NCBI GenBank assembly: GCA_964187785.1
Contig: OZ076409.1
Location: forward strand, 50,966,001-51,030,000
Direction of reading: 5' to 3'
Length of the DNA: 64,000 nucleotides
Origin: Amphiscolops sp. MND2022
Lineage: Eukaryota
The notes below the pieces were generated by a model that saw nothing but the letters and a program-made list of their open reading frames with translations, did not search any database and was not told the origin of the DNA. The position numbers and the translations under genes were made by a program. Below are positions 11,792 through 22,064 of the stretch, piece by piece (position 1 is the first letter of the stretch; every line of letters begins with the position of its first letter).

Positions 11792-13441
11792 TTAAGATGA
11801 AGTCAATTGAGGAGGAGTTTCAAGTAAAACAAGTTTTTTGAGAAAATCATTAACATGAATTGTAGAAAGGGTCAAATTTTGGATATCTGAAGAATGAAGT
11901 TGAAGTAAAGATTGGAGAGTACGGAACGTGTCAAAAATGTGATTTAAAATAACAAATGGATCAGTATTAGGAGCAATTTCAACATGAGGGCGAAGAAGAG
12001 TGAGAATTTCGGAGACAAATTTATCTGTAGGACAAGAGAAGGAGTTGATACAAACATTAGGGTTTGTAGTCTGAAGCACATACGAATTTGATTGAGGAGG
12101 AATTGGTGGAGGAGGAGCCTGAGAAGATTCAGTTACTGTATTAGGAGGAGTATGTTTAGGAAGAGTTTGAAGAATTTCATCAGAGATATTTAAAGAGAAA
12201 TATTTATATTGTTTTTTCAAAATAAAGGAGGAGAGTTTTGCAATGATAAAATTAAGTTGTGCGAGAGAATAGTGTTTGTGAACAAGAGCTGTATATAAAG
12301 AGCGGGAGTGATCGTCAAGAGGTGTTTCAACTAATTTATTCATTTTAGGGAAGAAGTTAGGAACAGCGTTAGGAATATGAGTTGGGAGAAGAAAGTCATC
12401 ATTTACATTAAGAGCTTCTTGTGGAACAAACAACGGACGAGTAGGATCATGGTAAGAAGAAAGAATAAAATATTGTTTAACTGGATCATAGTTTCGAATC
12501 GTTCCAATAGTGAAGAGATGATTTAAAGAATAGTGAGAGTGGTAGGAAAACGGGGAGGTGAATTTGTGATTTTGAAAAATAAAATTTTGGGGATGTTTTT
12601 GTTCTAAAAACAGTTGGTAGGTTTGATGATGAAGTTTTTTAACAGAAGGAGTGGTGGTAATATCGTTTGGATTAGTATTTAAATCATACTGTGTTGGTTT
12701 AAGAAGATTGAATTGAAATTGGAAGAAACGAACACGATTATTTTGCCAAAAAGCAAGTTGTGGTAGGTTTTTGGAAGCATAGGCGACATAATGATCAAAA
12801 TTACGATCTTGAGGGAAGCGAAATTTATAAGTTGTGGGAGTCATATATAGTGAAGGAAGATTGGCTTTAAAATTGGGATGTGTGCGAAGAAATTCGTCAG
12901 TCATGGTATTAGATTGAGAAGGAGTTTTCAATGGGTGAAGGGTTGGAGGAAGGATGCCAGAGTCAATGAAGACGGGATCTTCAAGAATATTATATTTCTT
13001 TTTGTTGGGAATTTGATGATTGTCAACAGTAAAATGAAGGTTATTAGGAGGTGGGGTAGGAGAATGACGAGTTTTAAGATTTGTAGAAGATGATTTATTA
13101 AGAGATTGCGAAGTTGTAGAAGTACCATTTAAAGTGGGTTCTGGTGTGGGATTAGAATCAAGAGGAAGCGAGGAGTCAGTGACAAGAGGAAGATCGAGGG
13201 TACCAGATTTAAGAGAAAGGGGAGGTGACAATGAAACTATACTGGACAAGAGTTCTTCTTCAGCATTAACATTAGTCATTTTGAAATCACGAAGGGAGTT
13301 TAAGACAAAAGTTGAGTGCGAAACAAACGTACGTTGGATGAGTAGTTTGAAAAGGTATGTAGATGCAAAAGAGGATGTTATGAAATGTGAAAGATGAGTG
13401 ATTTTGGAGGAGAGAAGGAGAAGTGACCAAATGAAAGGCAA
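11792..13441 (-). CDS. Accessory ORF of giant element, up to 549 aa (first ATG gives MTNVNAEEE...), unknown function
   Basis: Long uninterrupted ORF in sense orientation downstream of env, with globular-looking central and C-terminal segments. Confidence 0.7.
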   Translation of the reverse strand: MPFIWSLLLLSSKITHLSHFITSSFASTYLFKLLIQRTFVSHSTFVLNSLRDFKMTNVNAEEELLSSIVSLSPPLSLKSGTLDLPLVTDSSLPLDSNPTPEPTLNGTSTTSQSLNKSSSTNLKTRHSPTPPPNNLHFTVDNHQIPNKKKYNILEDPVFIDSGILPPTLHPLKTPSQSNTMTDEFLRTHPNFKANLPSLYMTPTTYKFRFPQDRNFDHYVAYASKNLPQLAFWQNNRVRFFQFQFNLLKPTQYDLNTNPNDITTTPSVKKLHHQTYQLFLEQKHPQNFIFQNHKFTSPFSYHSHYSLNHLFTIGTIRNYDPVKQYFILSSYHDPTRPLFVPQEALNVNDDFLLPTHIPNAVPNFFPKMNKLVETPLDDHSRSLYTALVHKHYSLAQLNFIIAKLSSFILKKQYKYFSLNISDEILQTLPKHTPPNTVTESSQAPPPPIPPQSNSYVLQTTNPNVCINSFSCPTDKFVSEILTLLRPHVEIAPNTDPFVILNHIFDTFRTLQSLLQLHSSDIQNLTLSTIHVNDFLKKLVLLETPPQLTSS

Positions 13442-13593
13442 AAACGACTACAAATGAAATGGGAAAAAGGTAACGATATTTATAATTAGTATGTAAAGGA
13501 GGTAAAATATTAATATGTAAAATTGATTTGGAGGTAAGTGAATTAAAGTATTAAAATGCAGGATATGAATTGAAGAAATTAAGAAATGAAAAT

Positions 13594-16346
13594 TTATTCA
13601 GGAGGAAAACGGCAAGAAGAATAAACTTTGACAGGACTGTCAGAGGGGTCGAAAATATTATTAACAGAAGTTAAGGGGATGTCATTAGTTTTAATTGGTG
13701 GCGGAGTAGGGGGATAAAGTTTTGTAGATTGCCATAGGTTATGTATGGGGGAATCATTTGAAGAATTATCACAATTGGTGTCATCAGTAGGAGGAGAATT
13801 ATGTAAATATAAAGAGGAAGTTAATGAAGGTATTTGAGGAGGTCGAGGAGACAGATTATTATGAGATGAAAGGTGAGAATTATAATGTGGGGGTGGGAGT
13901 AAATGATCTTCAGTATTAGGGGAAGTAGAATGTGGAATAGGAGAAGAAATAGGTTTGCTTGGAGAAGAATTAGGTGAAAATCTTTGCATTGGAGTTTTGT
14001 TTTTTAAATTAAGGATTTTCGTTTTAATATTCGTATGGTATTTGGGTGGACGAGGTTTGGGACTAGAAGATAGAGTATGGGTCTTTGCCAAGGGGAGTGG
14101 GGGGAATCTGAATCGTTAGGATCTGATGGTGAATTGGATGATTTAATCATAGCAGTCATCATTGTTTGGGTAATGGTTCCAAAGAAACCAAAGCCTAAAG
14201 CAGTAAGTACAGAGATTTGTTTTTTAAGCAAATTTCGAACAGTAAATGAACGATAAATACTAAAGAGTGTATTGAAAGCAAATTGTAGGAAGAGAGCGGT
14301 AGAGAAATAATTTCCACATTGGGTTAAAATATAGCATGGGTAGCCAAAAAGTTTTATGAAAGCATCGGTGAACCAATCAGGTGAAAAAAATGGAGTTAAG
14401 TTAAACATATAGTCATGAAGACCAATTCGAAGTGAACGGTAAGGATTATCAGGAAATGAATTATTAGATTGTTGATTCATGAATTCATAGCTAATAGCTT
14501 TTCCAAGGAGTTGAAGAGTGTTGTCGGAGTGTTTAGTAAATAAAACACGATTCCAAAAATGTTTCAATTCTTTTTGAGAATAGATTCCAGCATCTTGAGC
14601 GGTAAAGGTGTTAGGACTAATAGCAGTTTGAATTTGAGTCGGTTCAAAAAGAAGAGGAGGATCTTTTTGAATAGGTTGTGGAGTTAAAACATAATATTGA
14701 TCAGTATCAGGGTCAAGAGATATTACATTTTGAGGATTATTTTCACAAGGAATTTGATTAGCATACTCAAAAGTTTGACGTGTAATAGGGTCAACATACA
14801 TGACGGTGTCAAGATAATTAACAGGAATTTTGTCATAGCATTGGTCTGCAATATAAAGAGGTGAAAGATGATGAGGGCAGTCGTATAGCCAGGCAGTAGA
14901 GCCTTCGACATATAAAAAGTTACTACGGTTTTGAGTTAAGAGAAAACCAGCAAGTTGTGGATTTTTTACGGACATGGCGAGAATAGTTAAAAGTTGAGTT
15001 CTTTCAACTTCACATATAGTATGGAGGGTGTTAAGTTCGGCAACAGACATGCTTTTAAATACATGATTTATAGAATAATCAATTTTTGTATTAATATGGG
15101 CTTCATAGTCAATAGTGGCAAAATTATTGGAGGAATTTAAAGCAGGAAAAAGAAATTTATTTTGGGTATGAATTAATTTTCCAGATATTAACTGGGTAGT
15201 AAGTTGATTATATTGTTCATTTTGCGGTAGTTGAAGAGGATTGGGTTTACCAGTTTGCATATTAAATCCTTCTTTATATGTTATAAAAAGATCAGGGTAT
15301 TGAGTAAGATGTAGAGGAGTCGGTTTATTACAAAACATTTTATTTTCAGGGAAAATTTCAAAACGAGAGAGACGGGTTTGAGATTTGGTATCATGATAAG
15401 GAGTATCGGTTGAAGTAGTGGAGGAGTGGTTATTAAAAAAGTGTTCGGTTTCAAGCCAATAGCGATTATTAAGTTTAGACATTCGGCCAATAAAGGAATG
15501 AATGGAAAATATTAAACAAAGGTCTTCAGGAAACCAAACAATGGTAAAAGGTGTTAATATAGTCGGTTTGCAAAAACCATCATCATGGAGGCAGGGTAAG
15601 GTATGTCCATGGTAAATAAGTTTGTTATCTTTATCATCATAAGTAATTTCAATTTCTTTAACAATGAGAGACCAACTATCTTTTTCGATAATATATTCAT
15701 AGCGATCCCAACAAACAGCTTTTTCTTTTAAGGTAGAATTTAAAACTAATTGGGAATTGCTTATCCGAGCAAAAGCACCATAGTGAAAGGTATTGAGTTT
15801 AGTAATACGAAAAGGAGGTTGTTTTGTTTCTAAAAGGCGTTGTTTTTGAATATCATTGAAAAATGTAAAAGAGTTGGAGTAATTAAAAGCATCAAGTTGA
15901 GGATTATTAGTACCATTTAAATGGCGAATAGCATGTTTACATTCGGTAGGATCAAGAGTACGGGGGCGTTCCATAGTATTTTGGTGATAATCTGTACGGT
16001 CATGGCGACGGTATTTGTAATCGGATTGGGCACAGACAAATTTTTCACGTTTAACATAGGCTTCACAAGTCCAGGCTTTAAGACGTTTAGCTTTAGCTCG
16101 AACAAAAACATCAACTATAGCACGAGTACTTTCAAAAGTAGAAGGAGATTGAGCACAAGGTTGGACTCTGGTAAGACTAAATTGTCTTAAATTGTGTTGT
16201 TTAGAACAGTCATAATGAGATACCAAGAGATCCGATATATGAGGATCGTTGGGATCCACATGATCAGGAGAGGTATTAATTTGGAAAGAAGCTAAGAATA
16301 AGGAGGAAAAGAAGTAAAAGAACGAGTGAAGAAAGGAAGAGAGCAT
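13594..16346 (-). CDS. env: Envelope glycoprotein, chuvirus-G / Tas-env / herpes gB-like (class III fusogen). 780-aa ORF with a probable frameshifted S/P-rich cytoplasmic tail (13594-14091)
   Basis: N-terminal signal peptide, then YDC...SLTRVQPC...C...C, CEVERTQLL...NPQLAGFLL, CYDKIPV...MYVDPITR...QIPC, GIYSQKEL. Multiple N-glycosylation sequons and C-terminal hydrophobic segments. Confidence 0.85.
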
Positions 16347-16347
16347 G

Positions 16348-17664
16348 TTAAAATTGTGCGGTATATTTTAAAAACGTTAGGGTATTAAGAAAAGTGATTG
16401 AACCGTGGAGAAGACGGAAGGGGGGATGGTCGCTGACAAAAAGGTTAAGATTTGTGGTAATAAATGGGTGAGGAAGGGATTTAAAATGAACTGTTGTATG
16501 TGAAGGAATAAGGTGGGGGCTTAAGTTATGGAATTTTACTGTAATTTCAAATTTGAGTTCTAAATTTGTATCTTCAAGACGAAGAAATTCTTTACGACGG
16601 CGTGCATCAGAAATGTGAGGATTTGAATTAAGTTTATGGGTTGCAAGGTAGAGAAAACGAGGGTCTTGGCGGGGGTGGTTAACAAGGGTGCTATTTACGA
16701 TTAGAGGGTAGTCGACACGATTAGGTGTAGGGGGAGTAGAGTATTGGTCAGTAGTAAGGTCAATATTAAGTATATGGCTGTCAGATGAAAGATTACTGGA
16801 GTTTTGAGAAGTGGGACGAGAGAAAAGGTGACCAGTGTGAGTATAAGAGGAAATAGAAGAGCGTTGAGAAAAGGCAGTGTCAATTCCGGAAGTTGGAGAA
16901 TTTGCTGTTAAAGATTCGGAAGAAAGAGATTGAGCGTGGTGACGTAAAAGAGAAGAGTTAGTGCTTGCAAGAGAAGGGGAAAGACGACGATTATTACGAA
17001 GGTTATATCTATGACGAAGAGGTGGGCGAAGAGTAGATTCGGAGGTATTGTCGAGTAGGTTATCTAAAGAAGAAGTGGTGTATTTAGAGGCGGAATTTGA
17101 AGGAGGGAGACGAGGATAGAGAAGAGAGCAAGTAGTTGAATCAACTTCGCTTAAATCAGATTTCTTTTGAAGAGAATCAAGGGATTCGAGAGCAGGAATT
17201 TTCAGTGGTTTAGTTAAGGGGAGTGAAGATTTAGAAGAAGTATGAGAACAAGGTGGAGGAATGGAAAAGGAATGATCTAATTGGGAACGTCTACGGAAAG
17301 ATTTTATGGAAGTAGGTATAAGAGTTGATTTGGGAATGTTTGGATTATTAATATTGCGTAGGAGAGTAGGATTAATATCACTAGGATCAGGGATATGAAA
17401 GGAAGGAGGGGGAGAATGGGCAGGGGTTATATCAAAAGGGAATTCAGTATCAGAAAGTGGGAGAGTTAAAGCAGTTTGAGTATGTTGAGGAACAGAAGTT
17501 TTAATAGGAGTGTGACTTGGAGTGTTAACAGGAGTGGTATCTAAAGAAGGGGTGATTGGTATTGGATTTAGGGGAGGTTGTTGAGGAGTTGGTAAAACAC
17601 TTTGTGATGAAGGTATAGTATCACTTGAAACAGAAGAAGAAGGTTGAGAGGAGGAATCAGACAA
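16348..17664 (-). CDS. Accessory ORF between pol and env, 438 aa (TTG start), S/P-rich N-terminus with a compact C-terminal domain
   Basis: Open frame ending 1 nt before the env ATG (TAA-C-ATG). Contains LYPRL and RYNLR motifs. Confidence 0.65.
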   Translation of the reverse strand: MSDSSSQPSSSVSSDTIPSSQSVLPTPQQPPLNPIPITPSLDTTPVNTPSHTPIKTSVPQHTQTALTLPLSDTEFPFDITPAHSPPPSFHIPDPSDINPTLLRNINNPNIPKSTLIPTSIKSFRRRSQLDHSFSIPPPCSHTSSKSSLPLTKPLKIPALESLDSLQKKSDLSEVDSTTCSLLYPRLPPSNSASKYTTSSLDNLLDNTSESTLRPPLRHRYNLRNNRRLSPSLASTNSSLLRHHAQSLSSESLTANSPTSGIDTAFSQRSSISSYTHTGHLFSRPTSQNSSNLSSDSHILNIDLTTDQYSTPPTPNRVDYPLIVNSTLVNHPRQDPRFLYLATHKLNSNPHISDARRRKEFLRLEDTNLELKFEITVKFHNLSPHLIPSHTTVHFKSLPHPFITTNLNLFVSDHPPFRLLHGSITFLNTLTFLKYTAQF

Positions 17665-18029
17665 AAATACAGTAAGATCCAGGATGGAAACAAAATGAAA
17701 GTTTATTGGGGTGGTTTTAGAAAATAGAAATTTGTGTGGTGTTAAAACAGAGAGGGTTAAATATGAAGGGATGGAGAAAGCTTATTATTGAGAGGAGAGG
17801 AGATATTGAAGAAAGGTTTGAGAAGATTTAAGACTTATTATTTTTTATGAAATCAAGTTTTTATTAGAGCAACCGTTCAGCTAAATTCAGCAATATAAAG
17901 TGAAGAAAGGTGCATAAGAGACAATTACTAATGACATTGTCATAATTAAATTGTCATTCGTCAGACTGTATTAGAAGTCTAGACTAACGTCAGTATGGAA
18001 GGGTAGGAAATGCAATTAAAATTGAATAT

Positions 18030-19812
18030 TTAATCAGGGGGGAAATTGATGTTTGGTTTGGTGGGATTATATTGTCGGGGGGGAAGTGAACGTAGATTAT
18101 AAGGAGAGTGAGGAGCTCGTGTGTAAGTAGTTTCATTTGGAGAATTAGGTATATCTAAAGGATCAAGTGAAGGAGATGAGGATGAAAGATTTGAAGAATC
18201 AGCAATACGAGGAAAGAATTGGGGGAAAGAATCATTTGAGGAATGGGAATAATAAATTGGATTAGGAAGCATTTCAGAGTCAGAGTCTTGAGAGTCAAAA
18301 GTAGTGTCAAGGGTATTGCGAAAAGAAGGAGAGGAGTGTAAAAAGTTTTCGTTAGTAGGAGTAGAAGGGGGAATATTATGTAAGTTATCTAGTGAAGAAG
18401 AATATCTGGAAAGGTTTTGATATGTAGGGATGGAAGTGGGGGAACTGTTATGTTTTTTATGATTCGAAGATGTAAGAGTTTGAGACTGATTTGAGGTTTG
18501 GAGTGGTTCTAAGGAGGAAAAGCGAGAAAAGGTATCTTGGTAAGATTCAGTATCAGGATTATTAATAAGAGAAGGAGTAGAGTAGTAATGTTTAATATAG
18601 GGAAAAATTATAGGTTCTTTGGGATAATATGGTAATAATATGATTTCGATGGGTTTGAAAGGTAGAGCCGTCTTGAGAAAGGAGTTCATATGTTACTTCA
18701 GAAAGATGGTTAATGATTTTATATGGGCCAATTCGAAGAGGTTTGAGCTTTTTTGAAAAGTTAACAGGTTTAAAATTAGTATGAATGACAAATGTATTAA
18801 GAGGTAATTGTTTTAGGTGAGTTGTTTCGAATGTAGAACTTTGAGAATTAAGTTTATGGTTTATATGACGATGGACAGTGGAATATATTTCTAACATTGC
18901 AGTCTCAGCTGCTAAAAGCCAGGAGGAGATAGGTTTTTCAAGAATTGAGTGAAAGAAGGGATTAAGATCGTGGGTGCTGTAATGGGAATGGGGGGGAAGA
19001 GATTCACAATAAGTTGCGATACAATTTTTTGAAGCATTACGAGGTAAGTTAAGAGAAAAGGTGAGAGGTATACGAGGATGAGTATGGAAAACAATCTGAT
19101 AAGGAGAAAGTTTAAGTTGAGAAAGAGGTGTCGTATTATGAGCATATGCATACATTTGTGTTTGAAATGACCAATTGGTAGGAGGATTTTGTAAAAAAAT
19201 TCGAAGATGAGTTCCAAGGTTTCGGTTTTGAACTTCAACTAGACCATTTGTCCAAGGAGAGTAAGGAGTTCGGGGTGAGTGATTAATATGAAAAAGAGAG
19301 CATAGATGAGCCATGTCTTGATTTATATATTCAGTACCTCGGTCTGTAACAAGATATTGAGGGGGACCAAATTTTGTGATCCAATGGTGGAGAAGAGTTT
19401 GAATAGCATATTTTGAAGTAATATGAGGAGCTGGGTTTGTAACGACAAAATGACTGAATGCATCTATGATGACAAAAATATAGGAGTTGTTTTGTGAAGA
19501 TGGAGAAATAGGGCCTTTAGTATCCATAGAAATCCGATAATTAAAGTGGGTAGCATTTTCATAAAAAGGAAGAGGAGGAGAAATGTTTTGGGGTTTAATA
19601 GGAAAATGCTTATTAGTTTGACATTCTATGCAGTCATGGATGAAAATTGAGAACCATAAAGGTAAATGAGGGATGAAATAAAATTGATTAAATGTCTTAA
19701 TTGAGAGTTTTTCACCGGAATGACCATGAGAATGTGTTTTACTAAATGCAGCATAGAAAAGTTTGAATGGTAGGCATATACGTGTTTGGTTAATAGAGGG
19801 TTGAGTTTTAAT
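18030..19812 (-). pseudogene. Integrase of giant element (HHCC, DDE, GPY/F, long S/P tail), two frameshifts
   Basis: HSHGH...DCIEC, MDTKGP, VTDRG, GLVEVQN, GPYKII. Shifts at ~19812 (T run) and ~18635. The tail ends PYNLRSLP. Confidence 0.9.
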
Positions 19813-22064
19813 AAAATTTCTTCAAAAACCCGAGAATTAGGAGTATAATATTGAATAAGATGAGAACTTGGATCAAAGTATAAATGTTGAAATTGTTTAT
19901 AATATGTATATAAAAAGGAGTTAGCTTTAATAACTGGAGTCAAGGAATGAGGTCTTTGTTTTTGTTTTAACCATTTAAATACTGTGGAAAGGACAGGATC
20001 ATCCTTTTGAGCTTGGAGTAAAATAGGTACTGTGAGAAACGTGTCAGAAGGAAGGAAGAAACTATCAAATGCTTTACGATGAGCAAAAAAGGAGGGGTCA
20101 AAAAATGGTAAAGATTGCGTGTGTGTGGTTTTTGGAGCAGTTTGAGTTATAGCATTATTTTCAATAGTACTATTAATAATAGGAGAGGAATTGGTAAAGT
20201 TGGTTATGATGTCTTGAGACAAATTGATATCATTGAAATAATGGTGTTGTATTTCGGTAAAAAGAGTGTGAAGTTCATGAGATGGTTGGGAATGCTGATG
20301 AGGAATACGTTTAAGAACAGGATCGTCCGTTTCGTATAAATCAGTTTCATTTAAAAGGGGGTTTTCTTGAAGTAAGGTTTTGACTTTATTTTTGACAGGT
20401 TTTTTGTATTTATTCAGGAATGAAGAAACAGATTGAAATGAAAAGGAATCTAAAGGAGTGTATTTAACAACATTGCCTTTATCTTGTATACGAAGTGTGA
20501 ATTGATCATCACCGTAATCAGCCAAGATTAGGTGTGAATCATTTTTTTGTGTAGGAAGAACATCTTCATGTTTTACGAGGTAGTGAATAGGTTGTAAAAT
20601 ATTGTTATTTTTAAGTTGAAGAAAATCAATATGAGGAGGAAGAGTTTTGTGTTGAAGTTGGCATGTTTGGGTATTAATAGTCGAAAAATCTCTACTAAGC
20701 ATATCTGCAACAGTAAGATTTGTACCAGCTGTGTGGATTATTTGTAAATTTGAAAATTTGGTTAATAACATTTGAGCTTTATATTGTCTAGGAGTTAGAT
20801 TACCTTTACGGGTGAAAAGGAAAAGAATAGGATTGTGATCTGTAAAAATAGTTATTGGAAATTTGGAGCCAATTATAATAAATTCATATTGAGAAAGGGC
20901 AAAGGTAATAGCGCAAAGTTCTCTATCATAGGTAGAAAGTTTTTGTTCTTGTGTTGTTAAAATACGAGAATTATAAGAAATTATTTGCATTTTATTTTTG
21001 GAGTTTGGTTGAAATAAAACTGCACCTAGGCCTATTAAAGAGGCATCGACAGTTATATAAAACGGATGAGTTGTATTTGGGATAGCAAGTTCTGCTTCTT
21101 TAGAAAGAGAAAGTTTGATTTGGTTAAAAAGTTTATCTAAATCGGGGGTCCATTCGAATGGAATATCATCATGGAGAAGAGTGTAAAAGGGTTTTAAAGA
21201 GATGTGTAATTTGTTGATGAACTTGGAGTAAAAATTCATTGATCCAATAAAGCGCATTAATTCAGTTTTTGAAGTAGGAGTTTTTAATTTGTGAAGAGCA
21301 TCAACTTTGGAAGAGATAGGTTTAATTGTATTATTACCGATTTCATGTCCAAGAAATTTGACGGTGAGGAGGATATAGAAAGATTTTTCAGGAGCAATTT
21401 TAAGATTATTTGTTTGACAAATTTGATGAAGTTGTTCAATTAAGGTTAACATATGTGGTTTTGTATGTGCGAGGAGAAGGATATCATCTATATAAACTAA
21501 TGCAAAACCTTGGTCAATAAGTTTTTGAAAGAATGAATACATTTGTTTGGTAAAGAAATTTGGTAAGCCTTTAAGGCCATAAAATCCACGGGTGAAAGCG
21601 TAAAGTTTGTCACCAGAAGAGAAACTTGTTAAAGTTATAGTTTCTTCATCTAAAGGAGCGTGGGCATAAGCGTACATAAGGTCAATAGCGGATTTGAATT
21701 TTTTGTTAGCACGTGCAAGTTGGGGGGCTAGTGGTTCAATAGGCCAAGATTCGAAAGATTGATCAGTGTTTGAATTAAGATGGCGTGCGTCTAAAACGAC
21801 TTTAATAGTATCTCCCTTAGGGATAATAATAAGGGGGTTTAAAAATGTAGTACCATAAATGGATTTGTCAGAATGAGTGGAACCAATTTGACGAATAATA
21901 TTGTGTTTTTCTAATTCATCAAGGAGTGTTTTTAATTTTTCTCTATAGTGAATAGGAACTTTGGTAGGTCTTTGAGTTTGAAGTTTAGCATTAGGTTTAA
22001 GACGAATTCTAAAAGGAGTAGCTATCCGGCCAACATCATTTTTATGTGTAGCGTAGCAGGATCG
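19813..22064 (-). CDS. pol: Reverse transcriptase + RNase H of giant element (in frame with gag-pro across one TAG)
   Basis: VLDARHLN, IDLMYAY, FYGLKGLPNFF, YIDD, VDAS, RELCAI, TDH, ADMLSR (Ty3/gypsy type). Confidence 0.93.

Noticed and set aside
14004..16346. env belonging to the surrounding BEL element
   Set aside because: It is on the opposite strand to the BEL, lies between the nested element's LTRs and shares that element's base skew.
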